Shown in pieces: positions 33,677 to 46,373 of a DNA stretch of 64,000 nt. Position numbers and translations under genes: made by a program. The stretch is from Scenedesmus sp. PABB004 (lineage: Eukaryota): the NCBI GenBank assembly GCA_014905635.1, contig JABVCE010000043.1, forward strand, positions 62,001 through 126,000. The letters are read 5' to 3'. How positions within the stretch are numbered: the stretch's first letter is position 1; the number at the start of each line of letters is the position of its first letter. Under the pieces are notes generated by a model. That model was not told the origin of the DNA and ran no database searches. It was given only the letters and a program-made list of their open reading frames with translations.

Positions 33677-35235
33677 CTAGCTCGGCACCTGGCCCGCCAT
33701 GTAAGTGCTGAACGCGGCTTGCTGCTTCTCCTTCAGCCCCGCAAACGCGCCCTCCACCACCCCCGGCGGCAGGCGCGGGCCCATGCTGTGCAGCAGCCCC
33801 GCCATGCGCAGGCCCACGCCGCCGTCGACGAGGTCGGTCCCCCGCCCCAGCACGCGCACAAACGCGGACACCAGCGCCGGCAGGTGCGCGCTGTTGGGGC
33901 CCAGCACCCGCGCGTCCTGGGCCTGCGCGCGCGGCGGCCGCGGCGGGCGCCGCAGGTGGGCGGGCGGCCGCGGCGCGGCGCGGCGCGGCGCCGCGCTGCT
34001 GCTGCTGCTGCCGCGGGTACCACCCGCGTGCCGCCGCCCGTGGGGCCCCGCCCGCGCGCCCCCGCGCCCTCTGTGCCCCGCCGCCGCACCTCGAGGCGGC
34101 GCACGAGGAACTCGTGCACCTTTGCCGCCTCCACCGCGTCCGACGTGAGCGGCAGCCCGCCGACGAGCAGCTCCGCCATGGCGGCGCCGTCGAGCACGTC
34201 CCCGTGGTGCTCCAGCAGCGCGGCGAGCGCGGCGAGCGCGTTGTCGGTCGCCATCTCGTGCTCGTCGCTCTTGGCGTCCTGGCGCGGCGGGCGGGGAGGG
34301 CGCGGGGAGGGAGGGCGCGCGGCGGGCGCGGCGGGTGAGCGCGGCGCGGCGGGTGCGCACGCGGCTGCGGCACGCACACAGGCACGCAGGCACGCGCAGC
34401 TGGTGCGGGCTCGTCAGGCACGTGGTGTCTCCAGACGCGTCAGTTCGGCAAAATGTGTTTGTGCATCCCCCGGGCCCGCGCGCGGCACGCGCCGCACGCG
34501 CACGCGCAACGACCACACGCGCGGCGCAGCAGCCCTCAGACAATAAGCGGAAAAGTTGGCTCCACGGTGTGAGCGTCAGTTCGCATAACGTGTGCATCCC
34601 GGGGCGGCCGCGGCGCACGCGCACGCGCACGCACACTCGCAGAGACACACACACGGATCCACGCGCGCGCGCGCGAGGGGCCTCACCGGGCGCGTGATGG
34701 CGGCGCGGACGGCCGCGAGCGCGGCGGGGGCGCTCGGCTTGAACAGCTCCGGCGCCGCCGCCGCGCAGACGCCGACGCCGTAGAGCGCGCACTGCCGCAG
34801 GTCGGCGTGGTCCGACCCCGCCGCGTCCAGCAGCACCGGCATCAGCTGCGCGGCGCGCAGTCGGCGCGGGCGGGCGCGGGCGGGCGCGGGCGGGCGCGGT
34901 CGCCGCGGTCAGCGCGCACGAGCCTGCACGCGCCCGCTCTCTCCCTCCCTCCCTGCCTCCCCCCCCCAATGCTCCCCCATGCTCCCCCCGCTCCCCCATG
35001 CTGCCCCCCCCCCCCTGCGCGCCGCGCCTGGGCGAGGTACTTGGCCCGCCCCGCGGCGCTGTGCTCGAGCATGTCGTCGATGACGCACAGCGCGATGCGC
35101 CGCTCCTCGTCGGGGCGCGCCTTGTCCAGCAGCGGCGCGATCGCGGGCATGAGCCCCTCCACGTACGGCAGCGCCGCGTCGCCAAAGGCCTTCAGGAACG
35201 ACCCCAGCGCGGTGCCGACCTGGGGCGCGTGTGCG

Positions 35236-35273
<38 letters not shown>

Positions 35274-35863
35274 GGGTGGGGGGGTGCGCTGCCGCGTGCG
35301 CGCGCAGGCTTGGGGCCACCTCAAGGGCCTGCGCCCCGTTGCCTCAACCCCGCCCCTAAACCCCTAAACCCCTACACCCCTGCACCCCCCCCCTCTACCT
35401 GGTCGTACAGCTCCTCCTCCGCCTCGTTCTCCGCCGCGAGCGCCTCCTCCTCCTCGTCGTCAAAGTCCTCCGCAGCCTTGCGCTGCGCGGGGGTGCGGGT
35501 GTGTGTGTGTGGGGGGGGGGGCACCGCGTGCGGGGCAGGTCGGCGGCGTGCAGGCGGCCGCGAGGCCGACACAGCGGGGCGCGCGCGCGGCCCACGCGCG
35601 CCGCCGCGGCGCACCTTGCTGCGCTGGCTGCGGCGCGCCTCTGCGGCGGAGAGGATCGACCCAAACGCGCCAAACGCGGCCTCCACCTGGGGCGCCGCGA
35701 GCGCGCCGGGGTCGGCGAGGCCCACGACCTCGCCGAGGCTGTCCAGCATCGCGGCGGTGATGTCGGGCTCGGGCTCCTTCTTGAGCGCCGCGATGAGGGG
35801 GTCCCACATGAACCCCACCAGGCGCGACGTAAACTCCTGCGCAGCGGGCGCGCGTGTGTGAGT

Positions 35864-35894
<31 letters not shown>

Positions 35895-38800
35895 GGCTGC
35901 GCCTGCGCCTGCGCCCGCGCCCGCGCCCGCGCCGCGTCGCGCCGCCCGCGCCCGCGCCCGCGCCCGCGCGTGCGCCTCCGCCAGCGCCGCGCCGCGCCGC
36001 GCACCTTGCCCGCGCCCGGGACGCCCTTGTCGGCCGCGTCCGCCGCCGCGCGCACGAGGTGGGGCAGCGCCGCCGCGGCGGCGCGGCGCACGTCCTCATG
36101 GAAGTAGAAGCGCAGCAGCGGGACCATGAGCTCGCCCACGGGCTGCACGTACGGGAAGAAGCCGTCGCGGAGCTCGTCGACGTAGCAGACGATCATGTTG
36201 CACGCCGTCGCCTTCTCCTCGAGGCTGCTCGTGCGGATCGCGAGCACCTGGCGGCGGACCGGTGGTGGCGGCGGCGGGCGGCGGGGGGCGGGCGTGGGTG
36301 AGGGCGCGTGGGTGAGCGTGGGCGTGTGGGTTTGTGGGCGAGCGCGTGTGGAGCAGGGGCGAGGGCGGCGGCGGGCGGGCCGCAGCCGCCGCCGGCGGAG
36401 CCCTAAGCCCTCAAACCCCTAAGCCCTAACCCCCCCCCCCCCCGCGCGCGCGCCGCGCCGCGCCTTGTCGCCGAGCTGGATGTGCTCCACGTCGTCGTCG
36501 TCGTCGAGGTCGTCGCCCCCCGGGTCGGCCACCTTCATCTCGGGCTCGAGCGCCGCGGCCGCGAGCAGCGGCGGCATCACGACCGGCAGGTAGGGCAGGA
36601 ACTCGGGGCCCAGCGCCTTGCACAGCCGCGCGCCCGCCTGCGCGTGCGGGGCGCGGCGGCGCGCGGCGCGGGGCGCGGCGCTGGGCGCACGCGGGAGGAG
36701 GGCGGCGTGCGGGAGGGCGGCGCCGACGCGCGCGGGCGGCGCCGAGGCGCGCGGGCGGCGCTGCGGCGCTGCGGGGGCGTGCGCTGCGCGCGCCTGGAGC
36801 ATGTAGGAGTGGGTCGGGTCGTCCGGCTCGAGCGGCCCCGCTGCCAGGCCGGCCATGAGCTGCATGACGCCCGCCGCGTCGTGCCGGAAGCGCTCCCGCC
36901 CGACCGCCATGCCCACGAGCGACACGCACTCCAGCGCCTTGGCGCGCAGAAGCCTGCGCCGCGGCGGCGGGCCGCGCACGGCGGACGCTCGCGCGCCGCG
37001 CGCGCCGCCGCCCGTGGCCTGCGCCGCGCCCGTTTGCCCCCGCGCGCCGCGCGTCCGCGCCCGCGCCTGTGCTCCTTGGTCGAGGCGTTGGTGAGTATGG
37101 TGCTCAGCAGGGGCATGACGGCGTCGTAGTAGCGCACAAACTGCTCCTGGCTGCAGTCCGCGACGCTCGCGAGCGCGGTGAGCGCGCCCTCCTGCACGAT
37201 CTTCTTGCCCTGCTGCAGCAGGGCCAGCAGCTTGGCGATGAGCGCGTCGAGGTGGGGGCCCATCGTCTCCGCCTCGCAGCCCTCGCTGAAGTTGACCACC
37301 GCCGCCGCCGCGTGCGCCTGCGCGCGCGGGGGCGGGCGCGCGCGCGAGAGAGAGGGGGAGCGAGGGAGGGGGAGTGAGTGAGAGGGGCGAGTTTGGAGGG
37401 AGGGCACGCGAGGAGGCGGCGCGGCTGTGCTGCGCGTGCTGCGCGTGCTGCGCGCGCCTGCACGCGGGGGTTGGCAAAGTCGTCCATCGCCGCCAGCAGC
37501 GCCGGCAGCACCGCGGCACCGCAGCGCGTCTGCAGCTCGGGGCCCAGGTCGGTGCACATCTGCCCCAGCGCCTGGCACGCCGCCCAGCGGACCTGCGCGC
37601 GCGGGCGTCGGGCGGTGAGCGCGCAGCGGCGGCGGCGGCGGCTGCGGCGCGCGGCTGCGGGTGCGGCGGGGCCGCGCCTTGGCGTGGCTGTCGCGCAGGC
37701 CGGTGAGGCACATGGCCACCAGGGCCTCGACCTGCTCCTCCATCAGCTTCTGGCACCCCTCCGCGATCTGGGCCAGGCAGATGAGCGCGGCGTGGCGCTT
37801 GCGCCAGTCGGCGTCGCCCAGCCACACCGGCAGCAGCGCGCCTGCGCGGCGGCGGCGGCGGCGGCGGCGGCGGCTGAGCACGCGGCGCGGGCGGCGCAGC
37901 GCGGCGGCGGCGGCGGCCGCGTGCGTGCGGCGCGGCGCGGCGCGCGCACCCGCCGCGGGGACGAGGGCCTTGCCGCCGAGCGCGATGGCCATGCGGTCCA
38001 GGAACTCCTGCCCGCCGTCAAACAGCTCCCCCGCGCCGTCCTCCTCGTGCGCGTCGGTGTCGCCCTGCGGCGGCGCGGCGAGGGGAGGGGAGGCGCCGCG
38101 GCTCGACACCCGCCGCCGCCGCCGCCGCCACGCCCCTGCCGCCGCCGCGCCCCTGCCGCTGCCGCCGTGCCCCGCCGCGCGCCTCCCCTGCGCGCGTCCC
38201 CTGCGCGCGTCCCCGGCGCGCGTCCCCGGCGCGCTGCCCTGCGCGCGCGCGGCCGCACCCTGTGCCAGTCTGGCTCGTCCTCTACGTCGAGCAGGAAGTG
38301 CATGAGCGCGTCAAACAGCGCGCCCACAAAGTTGGGCAGGCGGCGCACCATGCCGGGCGCCTTGTCGCGCGCCTCCGCGAGCGTGACGAGGCACTCGGCC
38401 GCGAGGCTGCGCGTCGGCGGCTCGAGCGGCGCCGCGGTCGCGATCTGCAGCAGCGCGCCGACCGCCTCGGAGAGGTGCTTGCGCAGGAACTTGGGGTGGC
38501 TCTCCGCGACCTCGATCAGCAGCTCCAGCACGTCCTGCGCCGCCGCCTCGTCGCCGCCGGAGAGGCAGCGCCCCAGCGCGGCGAGCATGGGCACGAGCTG
38601 CGGCTGGAAGCCCTCGCGCTCGCGCGGCTCGTCGAGCGCGTTGATGAAGTTGCAGCACGCGTGCAGCGCCGCGACCTGCGCCCCGGCAGCGGAGACGCGC
38701 GGGAGAAGGAGGGGCGCGGCGCGGGTCGGGCGCGCGGTCAACGCGCGGCTGGGCGGCCGGGCGCCGCCGCAGCGCGCGCGCGCGGCGCGCCGCCGCGGGG

Positions 38801-39697
38801 CGGCGCCGCCGCGGGGGTGTCGCGCCTGCACGTCGATGGAGGCGTGGTTGAGGCAGCTCGCGAGCAGCGGGTGCAGGCCCGCGAGGTGGGGGCGGAGGTG
38901 GTTGGTGCTGTAGCTGGCGAGGCTGGCGATGATGAGCAGCCCCGCCTCCATGGCCGCCGGGTTGCCGCTGTTGACCAGCTCCGTCAGCTGCGGCAGCACC
39001 TCGGGCCAGCTGCCCTTGTCGAGGCAGTCCGCCGCGAGCTCCGACACCGTGTCGCACACCTTGTGCACCACGCCCCGGTTGCTCTCCTCCACCAGCGCGC
39101 GCAGCAGCTCCGCCTTGATCGCCGCCTGCGCGCGCGCGCCGGGCGGCGGTTGCCGCGGTTGGGGCGGTTGCCCCCGCGCCGCGCGCGGCGCGGACGCGGC
39201 CGGCGGGCGCGTGTGGCACCGCGCGGGCGGCGCAGCAGCCCGCCCTCGCGCGGCCGCTGCTGCTGCGCGCCCGCCGGGCGCCGCCGCTGCCGCGGCCGCC
39301 GGCCGCCTGCGCGCGGCGGCGGCAGCGCGGCCGCCGCGCGCCCACCTGCATCTGCGGGCTGCTCGTCGCCCACATGTCGGGCTCTGCCTGCGTCAGCGCC
39401 TGCGGGAGGGGGCGCGGGTGTTCGGGCGCCGGCCGGCGGCGGGCGCCGGGCGCCGGCGGCGGCGGCGCGGCGCACCTTGCGCAGCATGATGGCGCAGAAC
39501 GACCGCGCCTCGACCTTGTCCGACTGGCGCATGCAGCGCAGCAGCTGCTGCAGGCAGGCGTCGGGCTGGGCCTTGAGGCCCTCATACACCGCCTCCGCCT
39601 GCTTGCGCGCCGCGTTGTCGGCCGAGAGCAGCTGCTGCACGAGCAGCTCAAAGTTGGCGGGGCTCCCAACCACCGCCTGCACGTCCGCCGCGGACAT
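33677..39697 (-). CDS. IPO5: Importin-5 / karyopherin beta-3 (Pse1/Kap121-like), multi-exon
   Basis: WRKRHAALICLAQIAEGC, PRVQAHAAAAVVNFSE, VQEGALTALASVAD, LLRAKALECVSLVGMAVG, IRTSSLEEKATACNM, VPLLRFYFHEDVR and ATDNA motifs. ATG 39697, TAG 33679-33677. Confidence 0.95.
34405..34479 (-). ncRNA. Intronic C/D-box snoRNA B, second copy (importin-5 intron)
   Basis: Exact reverse complement of 18382-18456. Sense to the host, inside intron 34686-34279. Confidence 0.75.
34525..34612 (-). ncRNA. Intronic C/D-box snoRNA A, second copy (importin-5 intron)
   Basis: Exact reverse complement of 18249-18336. Sense to the host. Confidence 0.8.
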
Positions 39698-40552
39698 GGC
39701 GGCGTCCCACCGGCAGATCGGGGCCTCCCGGGCGCGCAGGGCGCGGCGCGGGCCGGCGCGGGGCGGGGGCGGGCGGCGTGGTGGGCGGGGTGGTGGGCGC
39801 GGTGCTGCTGCGGCGTGCGTGCCGCCCGACGCCGGCGGCTGGCAGCTCCGAGAGATGGGTGGGAGCGCGGGGGCGCGCGGGAGGAGGGCGCGCGGAGCAG
39901 GGGGCGCGGCTTTGGCACAAGAGTTTGGCACATTCATTGTGCCCACCACGAAGGACTGCGCAGGCCCGCTCGAGTGGCCCTCCAAGCGGGCCACGCCGGC
40001 GTGGACCGCGCTGATCGAGCCCCCCGGCGCTGCCGCCGCAGTCTGCGCTTTCGCCGCCGGCGCCCGCGGCGAAGCGCCCCCTGCAGGCTGGTGGCGGCGT
40101 CCTGGGTGACGTGCCGGTGTGCGCGGCGGCCGGCGCGCTGCTGCCGATCAGCGCCGCGCGCACCGCAGCGCCGCGCCGCGGTGCGCGCGGCCGCCGCCGG
40201 CGGCGCCCGGCCGCGCGCTGCCCGCTCTCTCGCTCGCGTTGCGCGCGCGCGCGGCGCGCCTGCAGCTGCGGCGTCAGCAGCGCAGGTCACGGTCCGCCAC
40301 CCCACCCGCCGCCGCCGGCGCCGCCGCCGCGGGGCGCTTTTGCCGGCGCGCGCCGCTCCGCAGCGCCGCTTGTGGCCGCGCCCCTCACGTCCACGCGCGC
40401 ACTCCCGTGCTCCCAGGCGCCGCTCCCACGCGCCTCACCGCGCCAGCGGGCCCGCACGCTCGCCGGCGGGCGCTTAGCAGAGCATCCATATTTCATCACT
40501 GCTGCTGCGCCCAGCCCGCGGCCCGCCCGAGTTTGCCTCCACGCGCGGCAGC

Positions 40553-43500
40553 ATGGAGGAGGATGCCGCTCTCGCGTACAAGCTGCGCTGCGAGCTGCAC
40601 GGCCACCAGGAGGACGTGCGTGCGGCGGTTGGCGGCGGCGCCGCGCTCGCGGCCGCCGCGCGGCGCCGAGCGGCGCCGGCCGCGCCCGCAGGTCCGAGCG
40701 GTGGCCGTGGGCGACCTGGGCGTGGTGACGTCCAGCCGCGACACCACGATCAAGATCTGGGCCGAGGAGGGCCCCGCCGCGTTCACGCTGCTGCACACGC
40801 TGGTGCGGCGCGCCGCTGCCGCGCCGCCTGCCCCGGCAGGCCCCGCCGCGCCTCACCGCGCGCGCCGCGCAGAGCGGGCACGCCAAGTACGTCGGCGCCG
40901 TGACGTACGCGCCGCCGGGGCTGCTGCCGGACATGCCAAACGGCGCGGTCGTGTCGGGTGCGGCGCGCCGCGCGCCGGCAGCGCGCGCGCACGCGGCGGA
41001 CGCGCACGGCTGCTCGTGCCGACGCCGCCGCGCGCGCGGCGGGCGCGCAGGCTCGTTTGACGGCGTGGTGATGGTCTGGGACGCAGCGAGCGGCGCGGCG
41101 GTGCACACGCTGCGCGGGCACCAGTACCAGGTCAGCGGCGTGGTGGTGCTGCCAAACGGCGACATCGCGTCCGCGTCAATCGACAAGTGCGGGCCCCGGG
41201 GGTGGGGGGGGGGGGGGGAGGGGCCGAGATGCGGGGCCGAGCTGCGGGGGAGAGGGCGCCTCGCTGCGGCGGCGGCGGCGGCGCGCGGCGGTGCACAACG
41301 GGGGCGGCAGCCGCGCTGCCGCCGCCTCACGCTGCCTCATGGCGCGCGGCGCGCGGCGCCCAGGTCCATCAAGCTGTGGCGCGAGGGCAAGCCCGCGGGC
41401 GAGCTGCTGGGGCACGAGGGCCCCGTGCTCTGCCTGGCGGTCAGCGAGGCGGGCGAGCTGCTCAGCGGCAGCGGCGACCACACGCTGCGCCGCTGGGTCG
41501 GCAAGTCGTGCGCGCAGGTCTACAAGGGCCACACCGACACCGTGCGCTCGGTGGCCGTGCTGCCGGGCGTGGGCTTTGTGTCGGCCTCGCACGACTGCAC
41601 GCTGCGCGTGTGGAGCAGCGCGGGCGAGACGCTGGCGGAGCTGGTCGGCCACACCGCCATCATCTACGCCGCTGCGGCGACGCCCGCCGGCCTCATCGCG
41701 TCAGGTGGGGCGCCCGCCCGCAGCCCAGGGGCCGCAGCGCCGCCGCCGCCGGCGGCGCCGCCGAGCTCACGCGCCTGCGCGGCGCGGTGTGTGCGCAGGC
41801 AGCGAGGACAACACGGTGCGGCTGTGGAACGCGGGCGGCGCGTGCCTGCAGACAATCGCCCACCCGGGCTGCGTCTGGGCGGTCGCCTTCACGCCCGGCG
41901 GCGACCTGGTCAGCGGCTGCAGCGACGCCGTCGCGCGGCTGTGGAGCGCGGCGCCGGAGCGCCAGGTGCGCGCCCGCGCCCGCGCGTCGGCGCGCTGGCG
42001 CCGGCGGCAGCGCTGCCAACCGCTGACCCGCCCACCGTCTCGCGCCGTCCGTGCCCCGTCCAGGCCGACGCAGAGACAGCGGCGGGCTACGAGCGCCTGC
42101 TGGAGCAGCGCGCCGCGGCGGCGGCGGCCAGCGCGGCAGACGGCGGCGGCGGCGGCGAGGCGATGGCGGTGGACGGCGCCGGCGGCGCGCCACCGGGGCT
42201 GCCGCCGGGCGTGAAGGTTGCGGAGGCGTTTGAGCTCGCGCAGCCGGGCGCCAAGGACGGCGAGACCAAGCTCGTGCGCGAGGCCGACGGCGCGATCGCC
42301 GCGTACGGCTGGGACGCGGGGCGGGGCGAGTGGGAGAAGATCGGGACCGTCGTCGACGCGCCAGAGCCGGGTGCGACCTTCACACGCCGCTCCCGCGCCG
42401 CGCCACGCGCTGCCGGCGCGGCGCGGCGCGCGGCGCGGCGCGGCGGCCCACGCGCGCGCGGTGACACGCCGCTGCCGCGCCGCGGCGCGGCGCGGCGGCC
42501 CACGCGCGCCGCGCGCGCGCGCGCGCCGCGCGGCGCAGGCTCCATCAGCAGCGGGCGGCGCTGGTACTGCGGGCGCGAGTGGGACCACGTGTTTGACGTG
42601 GAGATGGACAGCGGCGCAAAGCTCAAGCTCGCGCTGGACGCGGGCGAAAACCCCTACCTCGCGGCGGACCGCTTCCTCGCGCAGCACGACCTGCCGCCAG
42701 AGTTCAAGGAGCAGGCGCGCGCGCCGCGCGGGCGCGGCGGCGGCGGCGCGCGCACGCGCTGGACGGCTGCGGCCGCGCACCGCGGTGCGGGCGGCCTCGG
42801 CTGACGGCGCCCTCCCTCGGCTGACAGCGCCCTCCCTCGGCTGACAGCGCCCTCCCTCGGCTGACGGCGCTCTCCCTCGGCTGACTGCGCCCTCCCTCCC
42901 CCCCCCCCACTCCCCCCAGGTGGTCAAGTTCATCCTGGACAACACCGGCGGCGGCCGCGGCCCGGCCGTGGCCGACCTGCCCATCACCGGCGGCGGCTGC
43001 GACCCCTTCACGGGTGCGGGGCCCCGCCCCTCGCCCCACGCCGCGCCGCGGGGCGCGCCGCGCTGCCGTGGGGCCCCGCGCTCAGCGCAGCCCCCCCCCT
43101 CGCCGCGCGCGCGCGCAGGCGGCGGCGGCGGCGAGTCAGCGGCGCCGTACCGCGCGCCCGCGGCGCCGGCGGCGGCGCCGAGCAGCTACGACATCACCGG
43201 CGGCGGCGCCGACCCCTTCACGGGCGGCGGCGGCGGCGCCACGCGCGGCGCCGCGGCGCGGCAGGTGCCGGCGAGCGCGTACCTGCTGTTTGACGCGCCG
43301 CCGCCGCCCGAGGGGCTGCGCAAGAAGCTGCTCGAGTTCAACGCCGCGCTCGCGGGCGCCGACGACGTCCCGCCCGACGCGCGGCTCGACGACGCCGAGG
43401 CCGCCCCCGGCGGTGCGGCGGCGGCCGCGGCGGGGCGCGCGGCGCTGCTCGGCGTGCCGCCGCGAGGCAAGCCCTCACACGCCGGCCGCGGCGCGCGTCG

Positions 43501-44216
43501 CAGGCCTGCTGGACGAGCTGCTGGGCGGCCTGGCAAGCGCGGTGTCGGGCGGCGGCGCGCTGAGCGACGAGGCGCTGGGCCTCGCGGCGCGCCTGCTGCG
43601 CTGGCCCGCGGCCTGCCTCTTCCCGGGGCTGGACGTCGCGCGCTGCCTCGCGCTGCACCCGGGCGGCGCCGAGGCGCTCGCGGCCGGCGCGGGCAGCATG
43701 GCGGCGCCCGCGCTCGGCGGCGTGTCGGGCGCGCTCGCCGCGGCGGCGGTGAGCGGGCTCGCGCCGCCGCTGCAGACGGGGCTGCGCCTCGCGGTCAACT
43801 GCTTCAAGCACCCCCGCCTGCGCGCCTGGGCGCTGGCCAACCGCGAGCTGATGCTCGACGGCTTTGCGGGCGTCGCGGCCGGCGGCGGCAGCAAGGCGGT
43901 GCGGCTGGGCCTGGCCAGCCTGCTGCTCAACTACGCCATCGCGGCGGGCAGCGGCGGCGCGGGCGCGCTCGGCGGCGAGGGCGGCATGCAGGTGCTGTCG
44001 GGGCTGGAGGAGCTGCTGGGCGCGCTGCCGCGCGAGGAGGGCGAGGCCGCGCACCGCGCCGTGCTCGCGCTCGGCACGCTGCTCGCGGGCGGCGGCGCCG
44101 ACATGGCGGGCCTCGCGCGTGAGCTCGGCCTCGGCGACAGCCTCGCGCGCCTGCGCGGCAGCGGGCACGACAAGCTCGAGGCCGCGCTGGCCGAGGTCGC
44201 CGCGCTGATGCGGTGA
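40553..44216 (+). CDS. PLAA: Phospholipase A2-activating protein / Doa1 / Ufd3 (WD40 + PFU + PUL), multi-exon
   Basis: LHGHQEDVR and WD40 repeats. PFU domain (WEKIGTVV..GREWDHVFDVEMD..LKL..GENPYLAADRFL..VVKFILDNT), DPFTG, and a PUL-like C-terminus (KKLLEFN, WP..LFPGLD, LLLNYA). Confidence 0.93.
42795..42898 (+). repeat. Intronic 20-bp minisatellite x5, each unit containing CTGAC
   Basis: (CCTCCCTCGGCTGACRGCGC)n immediately before the acceptor at 42919. Confidence 0.9.
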
Positions 44217-44234
44217 CGCGCGCGCGGTGGCAGC

Positions 44235-44239
44235 TGTAA
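44235..44239 (+). terminator. TGTAA polyadenylation signal for PLAA
   Basis: TGTAA about 20 nt after the stop codon. Confidence 0.55.
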
Positions 44240-44356
44240 CGGCGAGCGTTGCCGGGGTGCGCCGCTCCTGGCAGAGTTGGGTTGCCGGCCCGCGCGCGCT
44301 CGAGCCCAGGCCAAAATTGTGCAGCAGCCAGATTGGGTTCGACCGCCTGCTGCGAG

Positions 44357-45248
44357 CTACGGCTCGGCGCCCGCCTGCGCGCCACCGCCGCCAGCTGCTG
44401 CGCCGCCGCCGGGCGGCGACGCGGCCGCCGCGTCGCCGGCGCCCGCCGCGTCGCCGCCGGCCGGCGCGTCGCCGCCGCCCGCCGCGTCGCTGCCGGCCGG
44501 CGCGGCCGCGGCTGCTGCGTCTGCGTCTGCAGCGCCCACGGGCGTGAGGGGCGTTTCGGGCAGGTAGTCGCGCTTCTTGTGCTTCTTGTCGAGGTACTCC
44601 TGCCACGGCGCTCGCTTGTTCAAGTAGTCAAAGCCCGGCGCCGACCAGTTGCCCGTCTCGTCCATATAAACCGGATCAAGGGGCACGCCGCACGCCTGGC
44701 CGCGGCGGCGGCGGCGGCACGGGGCGCGCGCGGCGCGCGCGGCGGGCGGGGCGGCGGCGCGGCGCGGCGTGGGCGCGTGGCGCCGGCTTGGTGGTGGCGG
44801 CGGTGTGCGGGTGGTCGCGGGGAGGGCGCCGCCGTCGGGGGAGGGCGGCGCCGCTGGCGTCACTGAACTACTCCTGCTTGTATATTGTCTGGTCGATGAA
44901 GCGCTGCCAGTCGGCGCGCTTTTCGTGGTAGTTGAGCCCCGGGGCCTCGTAGCGCCCCGTCGCGGGATCCATCCAAACCGGCTCAAACGGGAGGTCGATG
45001 TCCTTTGACCCCGCGCGCGAGCGGCGCCGCGGTGCGTGCGCCCGGGGCGCGCGGCGGCGCGGCCGCCCGCTCAGCGCGCCGGCGCCGGACGGCCGCCGCC
45101 GGGCTCCCGGCGCCCCGCCCCGGCCCGGCGCCCCGGCGCCCCGCCCCGGCGCCGCGCCGCCGCGCACCTGGGCGCGCAGGATGAGCTCCGGGTCGGCCTC
45201 GAGCACCTCCACGGGGTCGCGCTTGTTGAAATACCACCTGGGCACGGC

Positions 45249-45343
<95 letters not shown>

Positions 45344-46147
45344 CGGGTGGCAACGCGCGCCCTGGGCGGCGCGCCGCGCGCCCGCCCTTGCGGCCCTGGA
45401 GCTGCGCACTTGCGCACGGTCACGAGGACGCTGATGAGGGTGCGGGGTTCCATCAGGCTCGGCAGCGCGGTGAGCAGCGCGTCCGCGTCCTTGGCCGTCG
45501 ACAGCAGGGACTTGACCTGCGGCCGGGACACGGCGCGGCGGTGCCGCCGCGCGTCGCCGGCCCGCCTGCGCGGCGCGCGTCGCCCCGGCGCCCGGCCGCG
45601 GCGGCGCGCGCGCGCGCGCCTGCTTTGAGTTCTCCTCCAGCGTAGACGCGTCGAGCAGCAGCAGCCCCGGCTGGCGCTGGATGACGCGGGAGAGATCTGC
45701 GCCGGGATAGCAGGACTTGAGCAGCACCAGCTTTGTGGCGGCGCCGCCGACGTCGAGCGCGAGGCGCGCCCAGTCCGCGGCCTTGAGTGCCTCGACGTCG
45801 ACCTGCAGCCCCGGGAGCAGCGCCTCCAGCGTGGTCACGCCCTCCGCGATCGCCTCGCGCGTGAACGCCGGCCCGAGCCGCCGGCTGGCGTCAAACAGGT
45901 CGTCCACCACGCGCCGCCGCCGCCGCGCCTCCCAGTCAGTGATCGGCGCGCCGCTGCTGCTGCTGGCGTTCTTGTTGGCGGCGCTGTTTGCGGCCGCGTT
46001 GCTGGCGCTGCTGCTGGCGCTGCTGGCGGCGCCGCTGTTGCCGCTGCCGCTGCTTGCTGCTGTGCGTGCTCGCCGCCTGCTCCTGCACGGCGGCGCTGCT
46101 GCTGCGGCGCCCCGACAGCTGCGCGCCGGCAGCAGCAGGCCCCTCAT
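44357..46147 (-). CDS. Hypothetical, probably organelle-targeted helical protein with two paralogous alternative last exons
   Basis: Arg/Ser/Ala-rich N-terminus. Exons ..LKSCYPGADLSRVIQRQPGLLL..NSKQ|VKSLL..VTVRK|WYFNKRDPVEVLEADPELILRAQ| followed by exon 45002-44868 or exon 44695-44357. Confidence 0.72.
45248..45341 (+). repeat. Intronic (GCG/CCG)n trinucleotide tract, about 31 units
   Basis: Directly visible perfect repeat just upstream of an acceptor on the minus strand. Confidence 0.93.
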
Positions 46148-46373
46148 GCTGCCGCTGCTCGCTCGAGCGCTGCTGCCTGGCCGGGGCGCGTGCCGCTGCT
46201 GTCCCCCCACAGCGATAACGGCTCCGGGCGGGCGCGCCAGAGCTTCCGGCCCGTCCGCTCGGGCGGGGTGAGCTGCGGAGCGGCGCCCGGCGTCGGCCGT
46301 CTCCACGACTGCCGCCGCCGGTGCTGAGCCACTCGCCGCGGGGCCGCTGCAGCTTAGCGCACTCCCACACCAG

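Noticed and set aside
4167..39697. Two importin-beta genes plus SURF6 and other nuclear housekeeping genes as a functional cluster
   Set aside because: Different importin subfamilies 25 kb apart, interspersed with unrelated genes. Chance in a gene-dense genome cannot be excluded.
42795..42898. Regularly spaced repeats as a possible CRISPR array
   Set aside because: Contiguous tandem units with no unique spacers, in a eukaryotic intron, with no cas genes.
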